Positions 15,400 to 28,142 of a DNA stretch of 64,000 nucleotides are shown here, one piece after another (the first letter of the stretch is position 1; every line of letters starts with the position of its first letter). The position numbers were made by a program, and so were the translations under genes. The stretch is from Octopus sinensis (taxonomy: Eukaryota), in assembly GCF_006345805.1 (NCBI RefSeq), contig NC_042997.1, positions 114,824,001-114,888,000 of the forward strand. Direction: 5' to 3'. Under the pieces are notes generated by a model, which was not told where the DNA came from, did no database searches, and saw nothing but the letters and a program-made list of their open reading frames with translations.

Positions 15400-17220
15400 T
15401 TGATCACGTTCAAATGGTACATGTTATGTGCCACTGAAACGGGAGCCAGTCAGAGGGCACTGGCCACAGCCACGATTTTGGTTTTACTTGACTCAACAGG
15501 TCTTCTCAAGCATATCTTATCACCCGATGCATCAAGGGTACTTTTAAATGGGCTGGACATGCAACACTGGCATCGGCTATGGCTGCAATTTCTGTTTAGT
15601 TGCCAGGTATTCTCAATCACAGCATATCTCCAAAGGTCCTGGTCTCCTGTCATTGTCAACGTTTGAAGGTCATGCTTTACCACCTCATCCCATGTCATCC
15701 TGGTCTACCTCTACCACAGGTTCCTTCCACAATGATGGTGTGGCACTTCCTCACACAGTTGTCCTCATCCATATATAACACGTGACCATATCAGCACAGT
15801 CATCTCTCTTGCAAACCACATTTGATGCTTCTTATATCCAACTTTTCTCTCAGGGTGCTTACACTCTGTCATGTGTGCACACTGACATTACACACCCAGT
15901 GGAGCATACTAGTTTCATTTCTTTCAAGCCTACGCATGTCCTCAGCAGTCATGGCCCATGTTTCACTGCCATGTAGCATGACTGTTTGCACCCATGAATC
16001 AAACAGTCTACATTTCATCCTGAGCGAGAGGCCCTTAGTTGCCAGCAGAGGTAGGAGCTCCCTGAACTTTGCCCAGGCTATTTTTATTCTAGCCACGACA
16101 CTCTCAGAGCAACCACCCCCACTACAGACTTGATCACCTAGGTAGTGGAAGCTATCGACTACTTCTGGTAGTGACTCAGCTATTAGACCAAAGTCATCAG
16201 CATAGAAGAGCTCCCAAGGGTGGCCTGTCTTGAATTTCTGTTATTGCCTGGAGGACTATGATGAATAAGAGGGGGCTGAGGACTGATCCTGGGTGAACCC
16301 CTACTTCTACTTGGAATTCTTCACTATACTCACCTTACTGACAGCATCCCTGTACAGGGCTTGTACAGCTGTTACCAACCACTCATCTAACCCCAGTTTC
16401 TGCACTGACCACCAGATAAGGGATTGGAGAACCCTGTCAAAAGCTTTCTCCAAGTCAACAAAAGCCAAGTACAGAGGTTTATCTTTGGCTAGATATTTCT
16501 TCTGGAGTTGCCTTACCTGAAACATAGCATTGATGGTGCTTCTGCCTGGCACAAAACCAAACTGCATGTCGTCTAGGCTAACTCTCTCCATTATTCGTTG
16601 GGCTATAACCCTCTCTGTAACTTTCATCACCTGATCCAATAATTTGATACCCCTGTAGTTATTTCTATCTAAAGCATCACCTTTACATTTGTAGCAGGTG
16701 ACTATGGTACTGCTACACCAGTCATTGGGTATGACTCCTTCATGAACCTCCTGATTTACGATGTGCATGACAAGACCATAACCAACACCACCCAATATTT
16801 TAAGCATCCCAACAGTGATTCTTGATGGGCCAGGTGCTTTCCCTGTCTTCATATCCTTAATTGCTTTATCGACCAGGTACTGTCAATTCAGGTAGCTGGT
16901 CCTTCAATTGTGTCAACCTTTGGCAGACTCTCCTCCTCCCATTCATTCTCCACGTTCAGCAGTCTTTCATAATGGCATCTCCAAGCCTCTTTCTTTGCAG
17001 AATCATTAAACGCAAGGGCACCTTCATCCATGCGGACATACTTCTCTCCTATGACATCATGGTTTTCTCTCACACACTGTCTTACAACCTGAAATACTTC
17101 AGTTTTTTGGTCCTCATGTTGCTGAACATTGGCAGACTTCTTTTCTGCTACTCCCTTGGCTATCTGATACAGCCCCCTGCTATCCCCCGCCTCTTCCAGG
17201 CCTGTTTATTTGCTCTGATG
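15400..17220 (-). mobile_element. 5'-truncated RTE-clade LINE (RT and C-terminus), frameshifted
   Basis: KTGKAPGP, NYRGIKLL, QFGFVPGRST, AFVDLEKAFDRV, SVLSPLLF, YADD, YLGD, MLHGSETW, WDEVVKHDL. Confidence 0.93.
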
Positions 17221-17569
17221 ATCCAGAATTATTTTAGAGAAAATAATTCAGAATTATTTTAGAGAAAAATATGAAACATGTACATAGATGTAGCCAAGAA
17301 ACAAGGTCAGTCATTTTAGTTGGCAGAACAAACAAGAAAGAATTATTTTAGAGAATAGTATGAAATCTGTATATATATGTAGCCAAGAAACAAGGTTAGT
17401 AATGTTGCGAGTTAGATGGTTTGAATGAATGAAGCGATTAGCAGTGAATAATATAAAAACTGAGGATTATCTTGTTTAAATGCACAAAATTCAATAGTGT
17501 TAGTAGTGATTGACAAGAAATGAATATCATCAAAGTTTCAGTCATACTGGGATGAGGTGGTGAAGCACG

Positions 17570-18370
17570 ACCTTCGAACATTGCGCCTCACTGAGGCAAT
17601 GATAAATGATTGAAACCTTTTGAGATATGCTGTGCTTGAGAAGACTCAGCAAGCCAAGTGAGACCATAGCTGTGATGTATGCCAGTGCTGTATAACCAGC
17701 CCATTTAAGGGTACCTTTCAATCATTAGAGGCGGTGAGCTGGCAGAAACATTAGCATGCTGGGCGAAATGTTTAGCAGTATTTCATCTGCCGTTACGTTC
17801 TGAGTTCAAATTCCGCCGAGGTCGACTTTGCCTTTCATCCTTTCAGGGTCGATAAATTAAGTACCAGTTATGCACTGGGGTCGATGTAATCGACTTAATC
17901 CGTTTATCTGTCCTTGTTTGTCCCTTCTACGTTTAGCTCCTTGTGGGCAATAAAAAGAATAAGAGTACCTTTCAATCATTAGACAATAAACTATGCTTGT
18001 GAAGACCTGTTGAAGCAAGTGAAATTGCTGTTGTGGACGATGACAGTACCACCTGATTGGCACCCATACCAGTGGAACGTTTGAAGCACCATTTGAGCGT
18101 GATTGTTGCCAGGGCTGCTGACTGGCTCCTGTGCAGGTGGCATGTAAAAAGCACCATTTGAGCACAGCTAATACCAGTACCGCCTGACTAGCACTCATGC
18201 CGGTGGCACATAAAAGCACCCACTACACTCTCGGAGTGGTTGGCGTTAGGAAGGGCATCCAGCTGTAGAAACTTTGCCAGATCAAGATTGGAGTCTGGTG
18301 CAGCTTTCTGGCTTGCCAGCCCTCAGTGAAACTGTCCAATCCATGCCAGCATGGAAAGCGGATGGTAAAC

Positions 18371-18411
<41 letters not shown>

Positions 18412-18432
18412 CGATGATGATGATGATGATGA
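17570..18432 (+). mobile_element. RTE ORF end plus full 3' UTR, interrupted by a Meta-like SINE (17730-17962)
   Basis: WDEVVKHDLRTL..RYAVLEKT followed by monomers and a long (GAT)n tail. Confidence 0.8.
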
Positions 18433-18480
18433 GGAGGAGGAGGAGGAGGATGACATACATACATACATACATACAACAAC
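18370..18480. repeat. (GAT)n-(GAG)n-(CATA)n compound microsatellite
   Basis: Direct inspection. Confidence 0.95.
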
Positions 18481-19019
18481 CACAGCAACAACATCAGTGC
18501 TGACAGCAATAATGTCTCCAGTAATAACAGCTATACAAATACCAACAGTAAAAAAGGATCACCATAGCAGTAACAACAACATCAACACTGGCAACCGAAA
18601 AACAGAAATAGCAATAATAATTGTAATATAAACAATGAAAGGATTGGCAGTTGAAGCAACAACAACAACAACGACCCAAATGGCTGAATTCCTGAACTCA
18701 CATCCTTTTATATTTTAATTCTTCTCCCATTTTTATTCGTTTATTTCATTGGCAATTAACAAATTATCATACTAAGACAAATAGATAATTTAATGGATTC
18801 TTTTCATAACTTTTATTTTCATTGGTAAATTAATTAGTTTTTTTTTTCTTTTTTACCCTCCCTCCGTAGTTTATTGAACAGAAGCAAACATTCTCACACA
18901 AATGACAGTTCTGTTCTCGCAAACACAAAAACAGAAGAGGTAAAGCATACAATTATAATTTGCATAAATTAGTTTCATTTGATGACAATGATGTCAACAG
19001 TGACACTGATGTCAATGAC

Positions 19020-19078
19020 ACAATAATGATGACGATGATGATGATGATTGAAATAGAAATAATAATAATAACAACAAC

Positions 19079-19150
<72 letters not shown>

Positions 19151-19157
19151 AATAATG

Positions 19158-19188
<31 letters not shown>

Positions 19189-19205
19189 CAACAATAATAA
19201 TAATC
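19020..19205. repeat. (AAT)n/(GAT)n microsatellite
   Basis: Direct inspection. Confidence 0.95.
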
Positions 19206-19564
19206 CTTTCTGCTGGAAGCACAAGGCCTTGAATTTGGGGTGGGGGGATTAAGTCGATTACATCAACCTCAGAGCGTAACTGGTACTTATTTAATCGACC
19301 CTGAATGGATGAAAGGCAAAGTCAACCTCAGTGGAATTTTAACTCAGAACGTAACGGCAGATGAAATACCACTAAGAATTTTGTCCAGCATGCTAACAAT
19401 TCTGCTAGCTCACCCACTTCTAATAATAATAATGATAATAATAATAATGATAATAATAATGTTTTCAAAATTTTGGCAGAAGGCCAGCAAATTAAACCCC
19501 AGTCCTCAACTGGTATTTATTTTATTGACCCCCAAAAGGTAGATGAAATGCTGCTAAGCATTTT

Positions 19565-19680
19565 TCCCAGGTTCGAAATTTCCCCAAGACACCTGATGAA
19601 GGCTGGAGAGTATATCAGCTGAAACATTGTGTTAACAACAAACAAGATGAGGACAAATATCCATCAAATGTAAATAATGT
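19565..19680 (+). mobile_element. Hammerhead-SINE, tail only (ribozyme 19588-19633)
   Basis: GACAC CTGATGA A GGCTG..CAGCT GAAAC ATT GTGTT followed by the family tail. Confidence 0.75.
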
Positions 19681-20899
19681 CATGATGGCAATGTCAACAA
19701 ATAATAATAATAATCTACTATCATAATACTCTTGTGTTTTTCTCTGTCACAACATATGAGTGGGGAAGGAAGAGGTGATAGATGAATAAGGAAGGAAGGG
19801 GTGATGGCAAACTGGTAGTGGGATGGTGAACATTCAACGCTGAAAAGAAAAATCAAACAGCGTTTCAACTGTGAGTATATGTGTGTGTGCGTGTACAAGG
19901 GAAGTATGTGAACATTTGTATGTGTGAACTAGCGTTCTTTCAGCAACAAATGATGATCGATGTCACATCTCAAAAGACAACCACTTGATAACATTGACAA
20001 GTGTATTAATTTGATTTACCATCCATATTTATATATATAATACTATAGTTAGCCATCATTTTTGGCAGCACTGGGCCGGCTCGTAATAATAATAATTCTG
20101 CTTGTCCCCTGTTACTTAGCTCATCTGTAACACTTCCACACGACTAGCTGGGCAGGGGAGGAGTGAGGGTAATATGTAATTCTTTTCTTTTAAGTAAGTT
20201 TTTTGTCCTCTGTTACTTAGCCCATCTGTAACACTTTCACATGATTAGTTGAAGGGAAAGGTGAAGAATGAGAGAAAAAGGAAAGAGAAAAAGAGGGTAA
20301 GGTGAAGAGTGAGAGAGAAAGAGAGAGAGTGTTGTGTATTAAGTCTATAAAATTGTGCATGAAGTATATAAGGTGTATATATAAAGTGCATTAAGTAATC
20401 ATCCTATTCCAATTTTCTCCACTTTTCAATGATTAACAGATGAGTGACTATCTTTTGGTACAGACAAAACACATGCTACGCTTTCTGGTTTTTCGGACAA
20501 AGTTTTCAAAAATAACCCAAAGGGTTTAACATTAATTCAGTGAAATATTAGCGGGTCTTGCCAGTAATGATAATAATAATCCTTTCTACTATAGGCACAA
20601 GACCTGAAATTTGTTGGAAGGGGGCTAGTCGATTACATCAACCCCAGTGTTTCACTGGCACTTAATTTATCAACCCCGAAAGGATGAAAGCGAAGTCGAC
20701 CTCGGCAGAATTTGAACTCAGAATATGCAGACAGATGAAATATCACTAAGCATTTTTCACAGTGTGCTAATGATTCTGCCAGCTCATCACCTTAGTAATG
20801 ATAATAATAATAATTTATACTCAAGGTGCAAGGCCTTGAAAATTTTTGGGGAAGGGGGCTAGTCGATCACATCAACCTCAGTGCATAACTGGTATTTAT

Positions 20900-21532
20900 T
20901 TCAGCTCTATATTTAAGAGATGAGGAATTATGTACATTATTTACGTTCGATGGATATTTGTCCACATCTTGTTTGTTGTTAATACAACGTTTTGGCTGAT
21001 ATACCCTCCAGCTTTCTTCAGGTGTCTTGGGCATATGGCGCATATGGCGTAATAGTTAAGAGCGTGGGCTACTAACCCCAAGATTCCAAGTTCGATTCCA
21101 GGCAGTGACTTGAAGCTTGCTTACTAACCACATGGTTCCGGGTTCAGTCCCACTGAGTGGCACCTTGGGCAACTGTCTTGTACTATAGCCTCGGGCCAAC
21201 CAAAGCCTTGTGAGTGGATTTGGTAGACGGAAACTGAAAGAAGCCCGTCGTATATATGTATGTGAGTGTGTATGTTTGTGTATCTGTGTTTGTCCCCCCA
21301 ACATCACTTGACAACCGTTGCTGGTGTGTATACGTGCCCGTAACCTAGCGATTCTGCAAAAGAGACCGACAGAATAAGTACGAGGCTTAGCATCGAAAAA
21401 ACCTTACGAATGAGAACCCAGGTTTGAAATTTCCCCAAGACACCTGAAGAAGGCTGGAGGATATATCAGCTGAAACGTTGTGTTAACAACAAACAAGATG
21501 ACAAATATCCGTCAAATGTAAATAATGTAAAT
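20900..21532 (+). mobile_element. Hammerhead-SINE: inverted tail (20900-21030), tRNA-like head (21028-21110), CORE-like SINE insertion, forward tail (21400-21532)
   Basis: Ribozymes at 20981-21026 (-) and 21439-21484 (+). Flanking direct repeat TGGTATTTATTTCA / TGGTACTTATTTCA. Confidence 0.75.
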
Positions 21533-21703
21533 AATGGTACTTATTTCATTGGCCCTGAAAACATGTATATAAATACATAGTGAAACTAATAGAAATGAAA
21601 CTAATATATATATACACTGTGAAAATAACTGAAATTGAAACCATACACACACGCATATATATTTTATATAATCATATATAATATATATGTGTGTGTGTGT
21701 ACA

Positions 21704-21740
<37 letters not shown>

Positions 21741-21789
21741 TTGCTACTCTAGGCACAATATATATATATTTATATATATATATATATAT

Positions 21790-22170
21790 TTATATAAAAT
21801 AATAAATATTAGGGAATAAATCCAAATTTACAGGGAAAAAAAATCAGATTTAGGATTAAATCCAATTTTATAGTAAAATATTATAAAATATTATTAGAGA
21901 CAAAACCACTATTTTGCAAAACAAACAAGGAAAGACTTAATCAATACATAAAATTTTAGAAGGAATAGGAATATCTTTCAAAGATGAATCCCAAAACAGC
22001 GGTTCTATCTTACCTGTAAAATCCATAATTTACGAAATTGAGGTATTACACTCAATATACAAAATTATCAATATTATATAAAATAATAAATATTAGGGAA
22101 TAAATCCAAATTTGTCTTTCCTTGTTTGTTTTGCAAAATAGTGGTTTTGTCTCTAATAATATTTTATATA
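21790..22170. repeat. Short element with direct repeat plus inverted terminal segment; related copy at about 47805-48000
   Basis: ATAAATATTAGGGAATAAATCCAAATTT occurs twice; 21880-21945 is inverted at 22112-22170. Confidence 0.7.
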
Positions 22171-22764
22171 TATTTATATATATATATATATTGTAATGTT
22201 GACAACAATGATGATGATTCTTGTCATGATTGTTACCACCACCTCCATCACCACCACCACCGCCGCCGCCACCACCACCACCACCACCACCGCTGCCACC
22301 ACCGCCACCACCACTGCCGCACTGCCGCCGCTGCGCACCCCCTCGCTACCACTGCCACACACTGTTTCTTTTGCTATTAGAAACCAAAGTGAGTGATGAC
22401 AACTCAGTTTGACTCCAATCGTAGTCAGCAAAACTCTATGTTGACACATATAAAGGTTATGAACACTTGCAATGCAATTAAACCAAGATAACTCCAAACA
22501 CGTTATACTTATACAGAATATAACTGTGTGCAAGTGTTTAGTTTACACCAAAACTTTTAGGTAGTAATACACTAAAGAAACAACAGGCTCATTCGACAGT
22601 GGTTTTCACTCTGTTTTAATCCTTTTGACAGCAACCCACCTGAAACCACTTCTGGCTCCATAGTACAGACTTTCCGCTTTAAAAAGATCTAAATTAAGCA
22701 GAGACAGGAGTGGTTGTGTGGTAAGAACTCTACTTCACAACCACATGGTTCTGGGTTCTGTCAA

Positions 22765-23312
22765 ACTCTGACCACTGGGTGAAATGCTTAGCGGCATTTT
22801 GTCTGCCGCTACGTTCTGAATTCAAATTCCACCAGGTCAACTTCGCCTTTCATCCATTCGGGGTCGATTAAATAAGTACCAGTTACACACTGGGATCGAT
22901 ATAATCGACTTAATCCATTTGTCTGTCCTTGTTTGTCCTCTCTGTGTTTAGCCCCTTGTGGGTTGTAATGAAATAGGTATTTCATCTGTCTTTACGTTCA
23001 AATTCCACCAAGTTCGACTTTGGCTTTCATCCTTTTGGGGTCAATTAAATAAGTACCAGTTATGCACTGGGGTTGATATTATCAACTTAATACGTTTGTT
23101 TGTCCTCTCTGTGTTTAGCCCCTTGTGGGTAGTAAAGAAATAAGTATTTCGTTTGTCTTTATGTTCTGAGTTCAAATTCTGCCAAGGTTGACTTTTCCTT
23201 TCATCCTTTTGGAGTTCGATAAATTAAGTACCAGTTGCATATTGGGGTTGATCTAATCGACTGGCACCCTCCCCAAAAATGTCAGGCTTTGTGCCTAGAG
23301 TAGAAAAAAAAA
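22765..23312 (+). mobile_element. Three tandem 5'-truncated Meta-like SINE units
   Basis: The GTTCAAATTC..GGGGTCGAT..AAGTACCAGTT block repeats three times. Confidence 0.75.
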
Positions 23313-23339
23313 GTCTATAGCCTTGGGTTTATCAAAGAC

Positions 23340-23582
23340 TGCTTCATCAAATTACCACATTTCAGTGAAAGCATAACCACAGCTATCCTCAGAGCTATCT
23401 GCAATGAAGGACTGGATGTACAGTTAGCACACTCCAGCCCTTCTCTGCATCAACCAACATCTTAGCTTTACCATTAAAGCCAGTGATAGAAATGTGGGCA
23501 ACTTAAGAATTAAGGAAGCCTTGCCCATACATAGATTCAACCCACAAATAATTAAGAGATTAGAACTCAGCACACAGTACTT
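23340..23582 (+). pseudogene. Penelope-like element GIY-YIG endonuclease C-terminal fragment
   Basis: In-frame QHLSFTIKASDRNVGNLRIKEALPIHRFNPQIIKRLEL resembles the F-x-I...R-I-K-E-A-L-x-I...P-x-(L/I)-N pattern that ends PLE ORFs. Confidence 0.55.
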
Positions 23583-25405
23583 GGCATGGAATATCCCACC
23601 CACAGGCACACAAGAAAGAAAACTGATTTGCAAAATACTATTCTTTTATTTGTTTCAGTCATTTGACTGTGGCCATGCTGGAGTACCGTCTTTAGTCGAG
23701 CAAATCCACCCCAGGACTTATTCTTTGTAAGCCTAGTACTTATACTATCGGTCTCTTTTGCTGGGGACAGAGGCACACCAGCATCGGTTGCCAAGCAACG
23801 TTGGGGGACAAACACAGACACACCATGATGATGATGATGATGATGACCTGATTAAGTGTTGGCTGATATAAATTCCCTTAAGTAAGATGTAATTGACATT
23901 TTAGATTGAATTGATTGAACTCTAATTTGTGATGAATTCTTCATCAATAGACTCAGAAAGATTTAACCTCTGTTTCTTCATAATGTTGTAGAGAAACTCC
24001 CTAATGGAGAGTTAAGCCACAGCTCTCAGATTTTGTCAGCCTAGAAACTTGAACTAATGTATTTCCATAAAAAAGAAAAGTGTCACCTGGAAAGGTATTA
24101 ATGCCTACACGAGTAGGGCTTAACCAATCAGCATTGACTGGTTTTGAAGCAAACTTCAAAGGAAACATGTCATTTTTCTTGTCAAACAGTTTGGCTGAAG
24201 ATTAATGAAGTTTGCTTACAGCTATAAAAGCTGGCAAATTCAACCACAGGCCAGAGAGTCTTTCAGCCATCAAGGAGAATTTGTGCCACTTTTCTCACCA
24301 AGTTAATCTCCCTCCACCTCACTTTCTTATGTTATATGCTTTTATCGCAGAAGTTCTCAAACTTTTTGGGCCACTGCACCCCCTCATGGCCATATAATAC
24401 CCTCAGTGCCCCCATCCCTATTTTTATGTATAAATAAATATTTTATATTTTACTAATTTATGTATACTACAAGGTCATTGCCAGTGCCACTGGACTGGCT
24501 CCTGTGCAGGTGGAACGTAAAAAAACACCATTTGAGCATGGCCATTGCCAGTACCACCTGATTGGCCCTCGTGCCAGTGGCATGTAAAAGCATCCACTAC
24601 ACTCTCGGAGTGATTGGCATTAGGAAGGACATCCAGCTGTAGAAACTCTGCCAGATCAGATTGGAGCCTGGCGCAGACATCTGGTTCGCCAGTCCTCATT
24701 CAAATCGTCCAACCCATGCCTGCATGGAAAGCGGATGTTAAACGATGACGATGATGATGATGATGATGATGATGATATGAATCATTTGATATTTAATATA
24801 ATATAATATAATTTATATACAATACTATAATAACGTTATAAAATATATTCATAGCATCCCTCAATTACTGCCTTCCTCCAAACGCCTCCTTTTTCTCTAC
24901 CGCTCCCTTAAGCACCAGCGCCCACCTGGATAGTCTTAATGCTCACTTTGAGACCCTATGTTCTATCATATATAACAAAAGGCACCACCTTAACATGTAT
25001 CATTGAGTGACACACATTAATTATATGCAGTAATTTAAATTCCTTTCATTGCTTTCATAATATTATCCAGCATGTTATACGACAGGAGATTCCTAACTAT
25101 TATGTTCATTAATTTATTGGAAGTACATTTGTAAATACCATGATACAGGTTAATAAAATATTTGAAAATTCAATTAAACTTCAATGCGGCCATTATCTAC
25201 ACACACACACACACGCACACAGCCCACCCCACAGTCTGAACAGCCAGTGAAGAACATATAACTAACACCTACTCTAAACTGGTAATGGTTTGGTAAGTCT
25301 ATAGAATGACTCTACAGTTCTCATTAATCTGTTTATATAATACAGATGTAATTTATTAAATATAACAAAAAAATAATTTATAAATACAACAAAAAATAAT
25401 AATAT

Positions 25406-25777
25406 GCCCTTGGGCATATGGCATAGTGGTTAAGAGTGTGGGCTACTAACCCTAAAATTCCGAGTTCGATTCCAGGCAGTGACCTGAATAATAATAATAA
25501 TAATAATAACAATAACAATAATAACAACAACAACAACAACATCAAAAAAATACCTTAGGAACGAGAACCCAGTTTTGAAATTTCCCCACGACACTTGATG
25601 AAGGCTGGAGGGTATATCAGCCGAAACGTGTTAACAACAAAGATGAGGACAAATATCTATCAAATGTAAATAATGTACATAATTCCTCATCTTTTAACTA
25701 GCCTATGGGCATATGGTGTAGTGGTTAAGAGTGCAGGCTACTAACCCCAAGATTCCAAGTTTGATTCCAGGCAGTGA

Positions 25778-25815
<38 letters not shown>

Positions 25816-25958
25816 TTGAAAAATATCTTAGGAATGAGAACCCAGGTTCGAAATTTCCCCAAGGCACCTGATGAAGGCTGGAGGGTATATCAGCCGAAAC
25901 ATTGTGTTAACAACAAACAAGATGAGGACAAATATCCATCAGTTGAAAATAATGTAAA
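25406..25958 (+). mobile_element. Head-to-tail tandem dimer of the hammerhead-SINE
   Basis: Two units of A-box TGGCATAGTGG / B-box GAGTTCGATTCC head, (AAT)n and tail. Ribozymes at 25590-25632 and 25863-25908. Confidence 0.85.
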
Positions 25959-26117
25959 TAAAAAAATCATTATTGGAAAATTCTCTGACAAAGCAGATTC
26001 AGTTTTCATTATCAGTTAAATATGACAAAAAACAAAACTTAATTACTACTTCTTATATTGAAGTTGAAACAACTATCTTTCTTTGATTTGATGAATACTT
26101 TATCATTTTTTAGTCTA

Positions 26118-26494
26118 CAGGGTGATTCAAAAGTCGCCATACATAGGAACAATTTATTTTTTTTATAAGAGACAGTTCATAAGAACAGCTTCTTTTTTTT
26201 ATTTAACAAGCTCTATATGGTTACCATTGTTTTGAATACACATTGCAGCACATTTACCCAACTCATTGCACACTCGTAATAGCACATCTGGTGATACGTG
26301 TGCAAATGAGTTGGTGATGCGTTCCTTCAAATGCTTTATATCTTTTGTATTTCTGCGATACACCATCTCTTTCAAATGCCTCCAAAGATAGAAATCAAGA
26401 GGAGTCAGATCAGGAGATTTAGGGGATATTATAAATTGTTTCTTATAAAAACATAAATTTTTCCTATATATATGGAGACTTTTGAATCACCCTG
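26118..26494 (-). mobile_element. Internally deleted Tc1/mariner element with TIRs and TA target duplication
   Basis: TA|CAGGGTGATTCAAAAGTC...GACTTTTGAATCACCCTG|TA. Minus strand encodes KSPDLTPLDFYLWRHLKEMVY. Confidence 0.9.
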
Positions 26495-27468
26495 TATTTA
26501 CTTTTGGTTTTCAGCTTGGGATTATTTGGTGGAACTTAGTTAAATGAAGGGCTAAGCTAACTGAGTGGTTAAGATATTCTTTTGTTCTTTTATTTGCTTC
26601 AGTTGTTTGACTGCGGCCATGCTGGAGTATCACCTTTAGTCGAACAAACTGACCCCAGGGCTTATTCTTTGTAAGCCTAGTACTTGTTCTATTGGTCTCT
26701 TTTGCCAAGCCGCTAAGTCATGGGGGACATAAACACACCAACATTGGTAATCAAACAATGATGGTGGGGACAAACACAAAGACACAAACATATACAAACA
26801 TTATCATCATCACCGTTTAACGTCTGCTTTCCATGCTGGCATGGGTTGGACGTTTTGATTGGGAACTGGCAAGCCAGGAGGCTGCACCAGGCTCAGTCTA
26901 TTCTGGCAGTGATTCTGCAGCTGGATGCCCTTCCTAATGCCAACCACTCCAAGAGTGTAGTGGAGGCTTTTTATGTACCACTGGCATGGGAACCAGTCAG
27001 GCGGCACTGGCATCAGCCATGTTCAGATGGTGCTTTTTACATGCCACCAGCATGGAGAGCCAGTCAGACGGCACTGGCAATGACTCATGCACACACACAC
27101 ACATATATACGATGAGCTTCTTTCAGTTTCCATCTACCAAATCCACTCTCAAGGCTTTGGGTTGCCTGAGGCTATAGTAGAAGACACTTGCCCAAGGTGC
27201 TACATAGTGGTACTGAACCTGGGACCATGTGGTCGGTAAGCAAGCTACTTACCACACAGCCACTCCTGCGCCTAGTATGTAGTTATTAAAACTGTCAAAC
27301 ATAATTGCTTTATTATAATATGTATATTTGCAACTACATACAAACTTTGAAGGGTTAAGACAGATAAATCAACACCTTAATTTATCTTTCCTTTTAATCT
27401 ATTTTTTTTTTACATTTATATATTTGTTGTGCAAGATTTTTTATGTGAAGTCGTGTGTTGAAACAGAC

Positions 27469-28142
27469 ATTGTTGTATTTCGGAATGGTCATTTTGCCAG
27501 TTTAGCCAATAAAAACACATGCACTATATATTTGGTGTTTCTTTGCTTCAGTGTTATTTGTTTTTTACATTAATCTTAATCATATTTCGGCCAGAGGTCT
27601 TTCGTCACACTCCTGTGACCTCATCAGTGGTCCTTTGCTTTCTTCTTTCTTATTTGTGCGTCTCTCCTTACTAACCGTCAGCCATTTTGTATTTCTATTG
27701 TATGTCTTCATTTGCGCATGCGTATATCTCTATGTGCGTCTATGTTTAGTTAGTGTGTATGTGTGTGTGGGGGAATGCCTGTAATATTTGTATCTTCTGT
27801 TTATATACAATCATGTAATTTGTTTTTGTTTTTGTTTATTCTTTTTTTTCTTTTTCTCTTTTTTTTCTTTCTTTTTGGGGAGTGACAGATGTTAAGAGAT
27901 GGGGATTGAGGTGAATACAGAGAATGAGGGACATGGATGGAGGCATGTTTAATGGTGAATTTCAGTTTGATGGTGGTGGTGGTGGAAGTGAAGTGAAGGC
28001 AAAAGGACTGTGTTGAAATACAGGTTCAATCAACAGATTAATGTAAAAAATAAATATCACTGAGGCAAAGTAACACCAAATATATAGTGCGTGTGTTTTT
28101 ATTGGCTAAACTGGCAAAATGACCATTCTGAAATACAACAAT
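27469..28142. repeat. Inverted repeat, about 108-bp arms (27469-27576 / 28035-28142)
   Basis: ATTGTTGTATTTCGGAATGGTCATTTTGCCAGTTTAGCCAATAAAAACAC is mirrored. Confidence 0.75.

Noticed and set aside
23840-24300. Minus-strand FKFLG-containing frame suggesting a decayed RT
   Set aside because: Multiple stops and a single short motif only.
25406-25485. tRNA gene (tRNA-Arg-like)
   Set aside because: Acceptor and anticodon stems do not pair fully and it is always joined to the (AAT)n linker; treated as a SINE head.
28055-28090. Possible degenerate hammerhead in the 27.5/28.1-kb arms, and similar CTGAGGA motifs in the 7.8/34.7-kb repeat
   Set aside because: Both arms lack a complete core and GAAA, and stem II is at most 3 bp; would need a family consensus.
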